NCBI GenBank assembly: GCA_028288965.1
Contig: JAQGHD010000027.1
Location: forward strand, 1 to 52,582
Length of the DNA stretch: 52,582 bases
From: Candidatus Saccharimonadota bacterium
GTDB lineage: Bacteria; Patescibacteriota; Saccharimonadia; Saccharimonadales; JAQGHD01
Reading direction: 5' to 3'
In this document: positions 30,283-39,596 of the stretch, in pieces
How positions within the stretch are numbered: position 1 is the first letter of the stretch
Layout of the letters: every line of letters starts with the position of its first letter
Program-made: the position numbers and the translations under genes
Notes under the pieces: generated by a model
Databases searched by the model: none
What the model was told of the DNA's origin: nothing
Seen by the model: only the letters and a program-made list of their open reading frames with translations

Positions 30283-31257
30283 ATGAAAAAACGCATACTG
30301 GCAACCATTGCCCTCCTTACGCTCATCATAGTGAGCGCTCAACGTCTCAGTTTGGCCCAATCGGCCCCAAGCGGCAGCGGTTTTAGAATCTCGCCCGTTC
30401 GCCAAGAGCTCAGCCTTGCGCCAGGTACTAGTCGAACCGTTGAGATCGCTGTCGAAAACATCACCAGCGCACCAATTACTGCTCACGCCATTGTTAATGA
30501 CTTTGTGGCTGACAGCAGCGAAAAAGGTGAGCCAAAACTAGTGCTTGACACCTCTACACCACCAGGCAGCACAAGTTTTCGTGGACTAGTTAAAAGTATT
30601 CCAGACCTTACCTTAGCCGTTAAAGAACGCAAAATTATCAAGGTATCTCTTACCGTGCCACCAAATGGCGCCTCCGGCGGCTACTACGGAGCGATTCGCT
30701 TTGCCCCGGTGAGTACCGACAATCAAAATCAAGTTTCATTGTCAGCCAGCGTGGGCACACTGTATCTTATTACCGTGCCTGGCAACATTACAGAAAAATT
30801 GGGCATAGAGAGTTTGAGCGTCAGCCGTCATGGCAAGGCGGGCTCGTTCTTTTTGACCTCGCCGGACAATGTATCGGTTCGCTTAAAAAACACCGGTAAC
30901 ATTCATGTAAAGCCATTTGGCAAAATTGCCATCAAGAATAGTCAGGGCAAGTCCGTAAGTGATGTAGAGGTGAATCCAGCCCCCACGCAAGATGCCCGGG
31001 GTAATGTTTTACCCAACAGCATTCGGCGTTTTGACACAGCCGTGAAATCTCATTTTGGCCTTGGCCATTACAGCGTAACTGCCAACATTGCATATGGCAG
31101 CAGCGGCTCAGCGCTCCTGAGCGCTAAAACCAGTTTTTGGATTGTGCCTTTGTGGCTCATAATAACGGTGGGCGTATTGCTCGTGCTTATAATCCTAGTG
31201 ATTGTCTTCTTACTGTTTCGACGTAAAAAGCGGCGCTACAAGCAACGAACCCTTTAA
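30283..31257 (+). CDS. DUF916/DUF3324-like (WxL-interacting, chaperone-like) membrane protein
   Basis: Signal peptide, ISPVR.EL.L.PG, VPPN..SGGYYGAI, LKNTGNIHVKP.G, VLPNSIR; C-terminal TM plus basic tail. Confidence 0.75.
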   Translation: MKKRILATIALLTLIIVSAQRLSLAQSAPSGSGFRISPVRQELSLAPGTSRTVEIAVENITSAPITAHAIVNDFVADSSEKGEPKLVLDTSTPPGSTSFRGLVKSIPDLTLAVKERKIIKVSLTVPPNGASGGYYGAIRFAPVSTDNQNQVSLSASVGTLYLITVPGNITEKLGIESLSVSRHGKAGSFFLTSPDNVSVRLKNTGNIHVKPFGKIAIKNSQGKSVSDVEVNPAPTQDARGNVLPNSIRRFDTAVKSHFGLGHYSVTANIAYGSSGSALLSAKTSFWIVPLWLIITVGVLLVLIILVIVFLLFRRKKRRYKQRTL

Positions 31258-31276
31258 AATAAAACTATAAATTTGT

Positions 31277-32152
31277 ATGAATCGTTTTAGACTATCAAAA
31301 TCAGTCTGGTTGCTGAGCGTGTTACTGGGGTTACTGCTCAGCTTGTCGGCCACGCCAGTGCTGGCCGTAACCAATCCTCAATCTGGGCCAATTGGTTTAC
31401 AGGGCACGGTTGCTTCGCCACCGCCAACGCAGGCTGCCGTCATTAGTTTGCCCAGGGCCGGACAGGTCTTTACGGCTATTCCTATAACTGTCAGTGGCCT
31501 ATGCCCTAAAGGCACTGTAGTTAAAATTTTTAAGAATGGTGTATTTGCTGGTTCGGCTGACTGTGCCAATGGCAGCTTTTCGTTGCAGATAGATTTATTC
31601 AGCGGCCAGAATGATCTGATAGCTCGGGTCTACGACTCTTTGGATCAAGCTGGTCCTGATTCGACCGTAGTAACGGTTACCTTCCAAGATGCCACCTATG
31701 GTACTTTTGGCAATCATGTAAGTTTAACCAGTAGTTACGCCAAAAGAGGCGCCAATCCTGGCCAAACACTCAGTTGGCCAATAATTTTAAGTGGCGGCAC
31801 GGCACCGTATGCCATTAGTGTCGATTGGGGCGATGGCAAGGCACCGGATCTTATTAGCCTGGCAGCGCCTGGTACTTTTACGCCAACGCACGTCTACGCC
31901 GCTGCCGGCGTTTATAACGTTATTGTTAAGGCCACTGATAAAAACGGCGTTGCCGCCTTTCTGCAGCTGGTGGCTATTGCTAATGGCGCTGTTGGCCAAA
32001 CCTCCTCCCAGGCTGGATCCACCAATGCGGCGACTAAGGCCAATAAGTTTCTGTGGGGGCCGGCCATACTGCTGGTGCCACTTACGGTCACGGCCTATTT
32101 CCTAGGTCGTCGCTCCCAACTCCAAACACTCAAAAAACGCTTCAATCAGTAG
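31277..32152 (+). CDS. Membrane-anchored Ig/PKD-domain surface protein
   Basis: Signal peptide, Ig-like domain, PKD motif VDWGDG...HVYAAAGVYNV.V.ATD, C-terminal TM. Confidence 0.75.
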   Translation: MNRFRLSKSVWLLSVLLGLLLSLSATPVLAVTNPQSGPIGLQGTVASPPPTQAAVISLPRAGQVFTAIPITVSGLCPKGTVVKIFKNGVFAGSADCANGSFSLQIDLFSGQNDLIARVYDSLDQAGPDSTVVTVTFQDATYGTFGNHVSLTSSYAKRGANPGQTLSWPIILSGGTAPYAISVDWGDGKAPDLISLAAPGTFTPTHVYAAAGVYNVIVKATDKNGVAAFLQLVAIANGAVGQTSSQAGSTNAATKANKFLWGPAILLVPLTVTAYFLGRRSQLQTLKKRFNQ

Positions 32153-32264
32153 TTTCTAGCCAGCCGCCCGGGTGAGGCTCCAAAGGACTGGGGTCCTGCC
32201 AACTGGTCCGCCCCGCCAGTTGGCACCCCATTTTATATGGCCCTTGCCAATGACTGGCTAGAAA
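32153..32264. repeat. Palindromic intergenic repeat, copy 3 (inverted) inside an 11-bp inverted repeat
   Basis: The reverse complement of ~32178-32234 reads AAAATGGGGTGCCAACTGGCGGGGCGGACCAGTTGGCAGGACCCCAGTCCTTTGGAG; TTTCTAGCCAG (32153-32163) pairs with CTGGCTAGAAA (32254-32264). Confidence 0.85.
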
Positions 32265-32296
32265 AACAGAGGTGAAAATGCTATACTTCACCGACT

Positions 32297-33337
32297 ATGG
32301 CCAAAAAAGTCTATGTTGGGATGAGTGGCGGCGTTGATAGCTCCGTTACGGCAGCTTTGCTTAAAGAGCAGGGATACATCGTCACGGGCGTCTACATGAA
32401 AAACTGGACCCAAGACTTTCCGGGTTTTGAGTGCCCTTGGAAGCAAGACTACCAAGATGCCAAGCGAGTAGCCGTGCGCCTAGGCATCGATTTTAAGGTG
32501 TTTGATTTTCAAAAAGAGTACAAACAGAAAGTGGTGGATTACATGATTGCCGAGTATCAGGCCGGCCGCACGCCCAACCCGGACATTATGTGTAATCAAG
32601 AGGTCAAGTTTAAGCTGTTTTTAGAGACGGCCCTAGCTGAAGGTGCCGAGTTGATAGCCACCGGCCATTACGCTCGCACCCGTGACGGCCAGCTGCTGAC
32701 GGCTCGTAATGCTGCCAAAGACCAAACCTACTTTCTGTACCGGGTTACCGAGGCGGCCTTGCAAAAAACGCTGTTCCCAATTGGTGAATTCAAAACTAAA
32801 GCCGAAGTTCGCGCTCTAGCTAAAAAGTTTGGCCTGTCTACCGCCGCCAAAAAGGATAGTCAGGGTATCTGTTTTGTCGGCGAAATCGGCATAAAAGAGT
32901 TTTTGCAAAACTACGTTACGACTGAACCCGGCGCCATTATTGATCAACAGGGCAAAGTAATTGGCGAGCATGAAGGAGCCATTTTCTACACCATTGGCCA
33001 GCGCCATGGCCTCAATGTGGGCGGCGGACTGCCCTACTACGTGGTTGGCAAGGATATGAAAAAGAATGAAGTCTACGTGACCACTGATCTGAATGACGCC
33101 AAGTTGTGGCACACCGAAATTCCGGTAACCGATATTCACTGGATCAATGGGCCGCCCATCAACCAACCGCTCCAAGTCCGCACTCGTTACCGCGGCCCGC
33201 TGCTGGATTGCAGCATCGACCGGCAGGGCAAGGCTTGGGTCATAAAGACAAAAGACGAAGTTCGGGCCATTGCTCCCGGACAATCAGCTGTAATTTATAG
33301 CGGCCAACAGGTCTTAGGCGGCGGGGTTATCACCTGA
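32297..33337 (+). CDS. mnmA: tRNA 2-thiouridine(34) synthase
   Basis: MSGGVDSS, TPNPDIMCN, ATGHY, KDQTYFL, DSQGICF and PGQSAV. Confidence 0.97.
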   Translation: MAKKVYVGMSGGVDSSVTAALLKEQGYIVTGVYMKNWTQDFPGFECPWKQDYQDAKRVAVRLGIDFKVFDFQKEYKQKVVDYMIAEYQAGRTPNPDIMCNQEVKFKLFLETALAEGAELIATGHYARTRDGQLLTARNAAKDQTYFLYRVTEAALQKTLFPIGEFKTKAEVRALAKKFGLSTAAKKDSQGICFVGEIGIKEFLQNYVTTEPGAIIDQQGKVIGEHEGAIFYTIGQRHGLNVGGGLPYYVVGKDMKKNEVYVTTDLNDAKLWHTEIPVTDIHWINGPPINQPLQVRTRYRGPLLDCSIDRQGKAWVIKTKDEVRAIAPGQSAVIYSGQQVLGGGVIT

Positions 33338-33796
33338 AGCATTGCCCAAAAAATCGCGGCACAGTGCTGCATAACCTTGGTCAAGCTCTCCAGTCGCTTT
33401 CTCGACCACCTCGTCTTCTATGTTGTGTAGGACCCGACTAAAAGACTTGAACGTTTCTGACATTTCAATAGCAGTCCGGCCTAATTCCATTTGGGGGAAG
33501 CTCCCTTTGTCTGCTTCAACTAGTGGCCGCTGGATTTCAGCTTCTTTGGCTATCATTTTTCCAATTTCAGTTGCTGATTCATCTAAATGAAAAGTATGAA
33601 AAATCGACCGCTCTTTAGGCCCTGACACTGCCATATCTTTTATCAAGCTCTCCATATATGGAGGTACTTCTAGATTACTCCTTCGGTGCTTCACTAGGGC
33701 TCTACTTACAGCACACTTCATCGCGGTTCGTTCATAAAGGCCTTCAAGCTCAAGGCATACAGCAGCTGGGTTTGATTCGTCACTACCTAATTTCAT
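33314..33796 (-). CDS. Hypothetical protein
   Basis: 160-aa ORF with a strong SD (GGAGGAGGT); overlaps the mnmA end convergently. Confidence 0.6.
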   Translation of the reverse strand: MKLGSDESNPAAVCLELEGLYERTAMKCAVSRALVKHRRSNLEVPPYMESLIKDMAVSGPKERSIFHTFHLDESATEIGKMIAKEAEIQRPLVEADKGSFPQMELGRTAIEMSETFKSFSRVLHNIEDEVVEKATGELDQGYAALCRDFLGNASGDNPAA

Positions 33797-33885
33797 GTTT
33801 TACCTCCTCCCCAGAAGGGGTGAATTCGAAATTATAATACCAACTAATTACTGATCTGTCAATAGTCTGATAAACTGTAACGGAT

Positions 33886-35763
33886 ATGAACGCACAGCAA
33901 ATTCGGCAGGCTTACTTAGAGTTTTACAAAAAACGCGGGCACAAAGTGATCCCGCGGGCCCGGATTGTGCCGGAAAACGACCCCACCACACTGTTTACCG
34001 GCTCTGGTATGCAGCCGCTGATTCCGTATTTACTGGGCCAAAAGCACCCCGACGGCACCCGCTTAACCGATTCTCAAACTTGCTTCCGGGCTGAGGATAT
34101 CGATGAAGTTGGCGATAACCGTCACACCACCTTTTTTGAGATGCTGGGCAACTGGAGTCTGGGCGATTATTTCAAACAAGAACAGCTGCCCTGGTTTTTT
34201 GAGTTTCTAACTGACGTGGTTGGTTTGGATCCCGAAAAGCTGTATGTGACGGTCTTTATTGGCGACTCCAAAAACAAGGTGCCCAAAGACACCGAGTCGG
34301 CCGAAATTTGGCAAAAACTGTTTACATCTAAGAACATAGAAGCCAAGGTGGTAGAAATTGGCAGTGAGGCCGATGGCTATAGCAAGGGCATGAACGACGG
34401 CCGGATTTTTTACTATGACGCCAGCAAAAACTGGTGGAGCCGGGCCGGCAAGCCGGAAAACATGCCAGCCGGTGAGCCCGGCGGCCCAGATAGTGAAGTA
34501 TTTTATGACTTTGGTACCCCACATGACACTGCCTGGGGCGAGCACTGTCACCCCAACTGTGATTGCGGCCGGTTCTTAGAAATTGGCAACTCCGTCTTTA
34601 TGCAGTACATCAAAACTGAGGACGGCGGCTTTAAAGAGCTGCCCCAAAAGAATGTGGATTTTGGCGGTGGCTTAGAACGCATTGCGGCGGCTGCCATGCA
34701 CAGCCCTGACGTTTTTAAGATTGATCTGCTGTGGCCCATTATCACTAAAATTCAGGAGCTATCTGGCAAGCAATACCAGGACAATGTCCAGTCCATGCGC
34801 ATCATTGCCGACCATATGCGCAGCGCCGTGTTTATGGCAGCTGATGGCGTGACGCCCAGCAATAAAACCCAAGGCTACATATTGCGCCGCTTGCTACGCC
34901 GGGCCATTCGCCAAGGGCACGAACTGGGTATAGAAAACGGCTTGTTCACGGCTATTGCGCCCCTAGTGATTGATATGTACCGCGAACCGTTCCCAGAAAC
35001 TACCAAACATGAAAAAACAGTGGTAGAAGTCCTAGAAAAAGAAGAAAAACTGTTCCGCCAAACCCTGCGCAAAGGCCTGCGGGAGTTTGAAAAACTGGCT
35101 AAGGCTAAACTAGACGGACGCACCATTTTTACTTTGTTTGATACCTACGGTTTTCCGCCGGAACTGAGCGTGGAAGAAGCCAAGAAACAAAAGATCCAGA
35201 TTCCGGATAACTGGCAGGATCAATTTAACGCGGAACTAGAAAAGCAGCGGGAGCGCTCCCGTAGTGCCACAGCTGGTATGTTTAAGGGCGGATTAGCCGA
35301 GCACTCCGAGCAAACTATTAAGTACCACACGGCGACGCACCTGATGTACAAGGCCCTGCGTTTAGTGCTGGGCGACCACGTGGAGCAGCGGGGCAGTAAC
35401 ATTACCAACGAGCGCCTACGTTTTGACTTTAACCACCCTAGTAAAATGACGCCGGAAGAGATCAAAAAGGTAGAAGATATTGTAAACGAGCAAATAGATA
35501 AAGACCTGCCGGTGACCTGGAAAGAAATGCCCACCAAAGAGGGCCTGGCCACTGGCGCCCGCGGTCACTTTGGTGAAAAATACGGTGAGACTGTCAAGGT
35601 TTACATCATGGGCCCAGAAGATAACCCGTACACCATGGAACTCTGCGGCGGCCCGCACGTGGAACACACTGGCACGCTTGGCGAAGGCGGCAAACGGTTT
35701 AAGATCATCAAAGAAGAATCCAGTGCCGCTGGTATTCGTCGCATTAAGGCCGTCTTGCAGTAA
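33886..35763 (+). CDS. alaS: Alanine--tRNA ligase (lacking the C-Ala domain)
   Basis: DPTTLFTGSGMQP, HTTFFEMLGNWS, DFGGGLER, HTATH and ELCGGPH; ends at GIRRIKA. Confidence 0.97.
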   Translation: MNAQQIRQAYLEFYKKRGHKVIPRARIVPENDPTTLFTGSGMQPLIPYLLGQKHPDGTRLTDSQTCFRAEDIDEVGDNRHTTFFEMLGNWSLGDYFKQEQLPWFFEFLTDVVGLDPEKLYVTVFIGDSKNKVPKDTESAEIWQKLFTSKNIEAKVVEIGSEADGYSKGMNDGRIFYYDASKNWWSRAGKPENMPAGEPGGPDSEVFYDFGTPHDTAWGEHCHPNCDCGRFLEIGNSVFMQYIKTEDGGFKELPQKNVDFGGGLERIAAAAMHSPDVFKIDLLWPIITKIQELSGKQYQDNVQSMRIIADHMRSAVFMAADGVTPSNKTQGYILRRLLRRAIRQGHELGIENGLFTAIAPLVIDMYREPFPETTKHEKTVVEVLEKEEKLFRQTLRKGLREFEKLAKAKLDGRTIFTLFDTYGFPPELSVEEAKKQKIQIPDNWQDQFNAELEKQRERSRSATAGMFKGGLAEHSEQTIKYHTATHLMYKALRLVLGDHVEQRGSNITNERLRFDFNHPSKMTPEEIKKVEDIVNEQIDKDLPVTWKEMPTKEGLATGARGHFGEKYGETVKVYIMGPEDNPYTMELCGGPHVEHTGTLGEGGKRFKIIKEESSAAGIRRIKAVLQ

Positions 35764-35796
35764 GTAAAAACTTATTAGACAATACGGTAATCAATT

Positions 35797-36141
35797 ATGA
35801 GATTTCGGAAAAGTACTCCACAACGAGAAGTTTTTGATCCACATCCGGCTGTAAATTTCAGTCAGGTATGTACCAGCGTAGCAGAGTCGTATGAACTCAA
35901 AGGTGACTACGAATGGGCAACAGCTATGAGAAAACTGGGGTTTAATCTACTTGTCGCCTACAAAGCAGGTGAATTTAACAAACTTACTGCTAATGAAACA
36001 ATGACAAAATTTGCGGCAGTTATATTCGATTCTGCCGTAGCTGTTGCGGAACTTCACCCGGAATGCGCAGATAAAATGACAGTATTAGCCGGGTCAGTGG
36101 AAGCGGTTGGTGTCGAAGAACTTCTTGCGCCAACTTTGTAG
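35797..36141 (+). CDS. Hypothetical protein
   Basis: 114-aa AT-richer ORF filling the alaS-ftsA-like gap. Confidence 0.55.
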   Translation: MRFRKSTPQREVFDPHPAVNFSQVCTSVAESYELKGDYEWATAMRKLGFNLLVAYKAGEFNKLTANETMTKFAAVIFDSAVAVAELHPECADKMTVLAGSVEAVGVEELLAPTL

Positions 36142-36186
36142 ACCGGTTGGGCATCGCCTTGCCGGAATGGTATAATTAAAGAAGTT

Positions 36187-37485
36187 ATGCTTGATAAAAT
36201 AAAGAATCTTGGCCAAGTTGCGGCCGCCAAAACTAAGTATCGGAAAAAGAATGGCGAGCACTATTTGGTGGCGCTAGATATTGGCACTGAAAACGTTAAA
36301 GCTTTGATTGGCCGGATAGTTGAAGATGGCATAGAGATTGTGGGGGCCGGCCGGGCCCACCAAGAGTTAAGTGATATGCAAGCCGGGGCGATTGCCGACA
36401 TCGCCGCCGTGGTTGGTAATTGTGACAAGGCTCTGGCCGCCGCCGAACAGCAGGCCGGTATTAGTGCCAGGACAGCGGTAATTGGTATTGCTGGAGAGTT
36501 GGTCAAAGGCACCACTACAACCGTGCGCGCTCAGCGTAAAGACCCTGAAAAAGCCCTCGATACTGATGAAGTAGAACGGATTGTTAACGCTGTACAACAA
36601 CGGGCCCAAGCTCGAGCCAAACAAGAACTTATTTGGGAGCTGGGTGGCAAAGAAGTTGATGTGCGTTTAGTTAACAGTGCTGTGGTGAACATGAACATCG
36701 ACGGCTACACGGTCAGTAATCCGATTGGCTTTCAGGGTAAAGAAGTTCAAATCGAACTGTATACCGCTTACGCGCCGCTGATTCACATTGGCGCTCTAGA
36801 GCGCACCGCTAAAGAACTCGACCTGGATTTGTTAGCCGTCGCCGCCGAACCATTTGCCGTTGCTCGATCGGTGATCGGCAATGACCCCAACGCCAGCATG
36901 AGCGCTATATTAATGGATGTGGGTGGCGGTACAACGGACATTGCGGTTATTAACGATGGTGGCGTTCAGGGTACTAAGATGTTTGGCATTGGCGGCCGGG
37001 CTTTTACTAAATCTGTCGAGCGCGATCTTGGTGTGGAGTTTACTCAAGCAGAAGAGTTTAAATTAGGTTTATCAGATAATCATACGCCGCGGGCAAAAGT
37101 TCCGGCTGTAGAAGCGGCCCTTAAAAAGACCCTCGATGTCTGGACCAGCGGCGTGGAACTGGCCCTGGCTGAATTTACCAAGCTTGATCACTTGCCGCAT
37201 CAGTTGCTGCTTTGCGGCGGCGGTTCAAGCCTGGACATGCTTATGGAAAAACTAGAAGAAAGCAAGTGGTACGCCAGCTTACCGTTCACCAAGCGCCCGG
37301 TTGTTAAGCATATTCAGCCCAAGCAAGTGGTCGGTATTATTGACAAAAGCGGGCAGGTTGCCGATCATACATTCATAACCGCAATGGGTCTATTACGAGT
37401 CGGCTTAGACACGCTTATGCAAGATAGCCAAACGGCGGCCACCGGTACCATCAAAGAAAGATTGAACAGGATACTCAAAGTTTAA
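36187..37485 (+). CDS. FtsA-like actin-family ATPase
   Basis: ALDIGTENVK, AEPFA, MDVGGGTTD, AEEFK and LCGGGS. Confidence 0.85.
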   Translation: MLDKIKNLGQVAAAKTKYRKKNGEHYLVALDIGTENVKALIGRIVEDGIEIVGAGRAHQELSDMQAGAIADIAAVVGNCDKALAAAEQQAGISARTAVIGIAGELVKGTTTTVRAQRKDPEKALDTDEVERIVNAVQQRAQARAKQELIWELGGKEVDVRLVNSAVVNMNIDGYTVSNPIGFQGKEVQIELYTAYAPLIHIGALERTAKELDLDLLAVAAEPFAVARSVIGNDPNASMSAILMDVGGGTTDIAVINDGGVQGTKMFGIGGRAFTKSVERDLGVEFTQAEEFKLGLSDNHTPRAKVPAVEAALKKTLDVWTSGVELALAEFTKLDHLPHQLLLCGGGSSLDMLMEKLEESKWYASLPFTKRPVVKHIQPKQVVGIIDKSGQVADHTFITAMGLLRVGLDTLMQDSQTAATGTIKERLNRILKV

Positions 37486-37501
37486 TGAACTCATTTCTAT
37501 T

Positions 37502-39184
37502 ATGACTGCAGCTCAAAAAGATACTATTTATATAGATGTAGACGACGAGATTACAACGATTGTTGAGAAAGTTAGTAGCAGCGATCACAAGATTCTCGCT
37601 CTGGTACTGCCCAAACGTGCCGCCATGCTCCAAAGCATTGTCAATATGAAATTACTGAAGCGCACCGCTGACTCCGAGCATAAAAAAGTGGTTCTGATCA
37701 CCTCAGAAGCCGGGCTTATTCCACTCGCTGGAGCTGTGGGACTGTATGTGGCAAAAAATCTCCAAAGTAAGCCCTTGGTGCCCAGTGGTCCCAGTATTTC
37801 AGATAAGATTGAGACAATTGCTGCTGAGGAGCCAGAACTCGATGCCTCAACTGATGATGCTCCGCTCGATCCTAAACGCAGTGTGGGTGATTTAGCTGGT
37901 TTGTCAGCCGCAGATGCCGCGGATGATGAGGTTATTGAGATTGACGATCAGCCAGATGAAGCCGAGGCCACAATCCCAAAGTCCAAAAAATCAAAGACTA
38001 AGAAGCCAAAAGTGCCCAACTTTAATCAGTTTCGCCTGCGGCTTATCTTGGGCATAGCGGCCTTTATTATTTTAGTTGTGGGCTGGTACCTTGCCTTTTT
38101 TGTTATGCCTAAAGCCCACATAGTCCTTCAAACCAACACCAGTAATGTCAACAGCAGTCTGTCTTTTACGGCGAGCCCTACCGCGACCGCTTTAGATGAA
38201 ACTAAACTCATTTTGCCAGCCAAACTCGATCAACTCAAAAAAGATAACAGCCAAAAAGCCACTGCCACCGGCCAAAAAGACGTTGGCACTAAGGCTACCG
38301 GGACAGCTACCTTTGCGACCCAAACAAATTGCGTGACTCCAGTAGGAACTGTTCCGTCTGGAACGACTATTTCGGCGACTAATTTAAGCTTTGTAACTCA
38401 AGAAACGGCTAGTTTTAGTCCATCTGGGTTTCAGGGTGGTAAATGTGTCTTTACGAGCGGAGCTGTGCCGGTAGTTGCCCAGAATGCGGGCGAAAAATAT
38501 AATCTTGGCACTCAAAGCTATACAGTAAATGGTTATTCAAGCATTAGTGGGACTGGTAGTGATATGACAGGTGGAACCAGTAAAGTAGTCACTGTAGTAA
38601 GCCAGCAAGATATCGATAGCGCCAAGCAAAAGATTGTCGATCAAGGTAACTCTGGGGCCATGCAAGATCTGAAAAACACGCTCAAAACCGAGGGCTATAT
38701 GAGCATAGAAGATAGCTTTACCTCCAGCGATCCGGCAGTGACGGCTACGCCAAAAGTTGGCGAGCAAGCTGCTGAAGTTACCGTTACAGCTACCACTACC
38801 TATACGCTACTCGGAATTAAGCAGGCTGACCTCAAGAAAATCATCGATAACGACGCTAAGAAACAGATTGATAGCAGTAAACAGACCATCCTTGATGAAG
38901 GACTGAGTGCGGCCGTGATTCAGGTGCAGGATAAAAAGGGTGCCGATACTAAATTGTCGGTGCAGACCGTTGTGGTGGCCGGGCCCGAACTTAATGCTGA
39001 TGTTGTGCGCAAATCCGTGGCTGGCAAGAAAAAAGGTGATGCTAAGGCAACTCTAGAAGCACGTCCGGGTATCAAGCAGGCAACAGTTACTTATAGCCCA
39101 TTCTGGGTGAGTAAGACACCGAAGAAAACCAGTAAAATAAGCGTCATTTTTGAGCAATCAAGTACCAATGCCACCAAAAAGTAA
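37502..39184 (+). CDS. Bitopic protein with an extracellular baseplate-J-like region
   Basis: N-terminal IYIDVDDEIT..LVLPKRA domain, acidic linker, one TM, ATG.KDVGTKATG..F, VAQNAGEKYN and MTGG. Confidence 0.65.
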   Translation: MTAAQKDTIYIDVDDEITTIVEKVSSSDHKILALVLPKRAAMLQSIVNMKLLKRTADSEHKKVVLITSEAGLIPLAGAVGLYVAKNLQSKPLVPSGPSISDKIETIAAEEPELDASTDDAPLDPKRSVGDLAGLSAADAADDEVIEIDDQPDEAEATIPKSKKSKTKKPKVPNFNQFRLRLILGIAAFIILVVGWYLAFFVMPKAHIVLQTNTSNVNSSLSFTASPTATALDETKLILPAKLDQLKKDNSQKATATGQKDVGTKATGTATFATQTNCVTPVGTVPSGTTISATNLSFVTQETASFSPSGFQGGKCVFTSGAVPVVAQNAGEKYNLGTQSYTVNGYSSISGTGSDMTGGTSKVVTVVSQQDIDSAKQKIVDQGNSGAMQDLKNTLKTEGYMSIEDSFTSSDPAVTATPKVGEQAAEVTVTATTTYTLLGIKQADLKKIIDNDAKKQIDSSKQTILDEGLSAAVIQVQDKKGADTKLSVQTVVVAGPELNADVVRKSVAGKKKGDAKATLEARPGIKQATVTYSPFWVSKTPKKTSKISVIFEQSSTNATKK

Positions 39185-39593
39185 TGTGAGTTCATCCATC
39201 ATTGCCCTAGACGTCGGTGAACGACGGATTGGGGTGGCGCGAGCCTCGCTCATTGCTAGGTTACCTGAGCCTCTGACTACACTTGAGCGGGGTGAAAGCA
39301 GCCTGCAAGATATTAAACGTTTGGTTGATGAGCAAGCTGCCGAGGCAGTAGTGGTGGGCTTGCCGCGTGGCTTGCAAGGGCAGGATACTCAACAGACCAT
39401 GACCACTCAGGCATTTATAGCTATGCTGATTGCTACCTTAGCAGTTCCCGTCCATACACAGGATGAGGCAGTAACTTCTGTAAAAGCTGAGGCTGAACTG
39501 GTTGGGCGCAAAGTGCCGTATAATAAAGGGGATGTGGATGCCCTGGCTGCCACGTATATTTTGGAAGATTATCTAAGCACACATCACTCATAA
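39168..39593 (+). CDS. ruvX: Holliday junction resolvase-like RuvX/YqgF
   Basis: ALDVGERRIGVA, VVGLP, QDEAVTS and VDALAATYILE. Confidence 0.93.
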   Translation: MPPKSNVSSSIIALDVGERRIGVARASLIARLPEPLTTLERGESSLQDIKRLVDEQAAEAVVVGLPRGLQGQDTQQTMTTQAFIAMLIATLAVPVHTQDEAVTSVKAEAELVGRKVPYNKGDVDALAATYILEDYLSTHHS

Positions 39594-39596
39594 ATT

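Noticed and set aside
37502-39184. Prophage or contractile injection system based on baseplate-J similarity
   Set aside because: No other phage structural genes, integrase or sheath/tube; the protein is bitopic and lies in a housekeeping operon.
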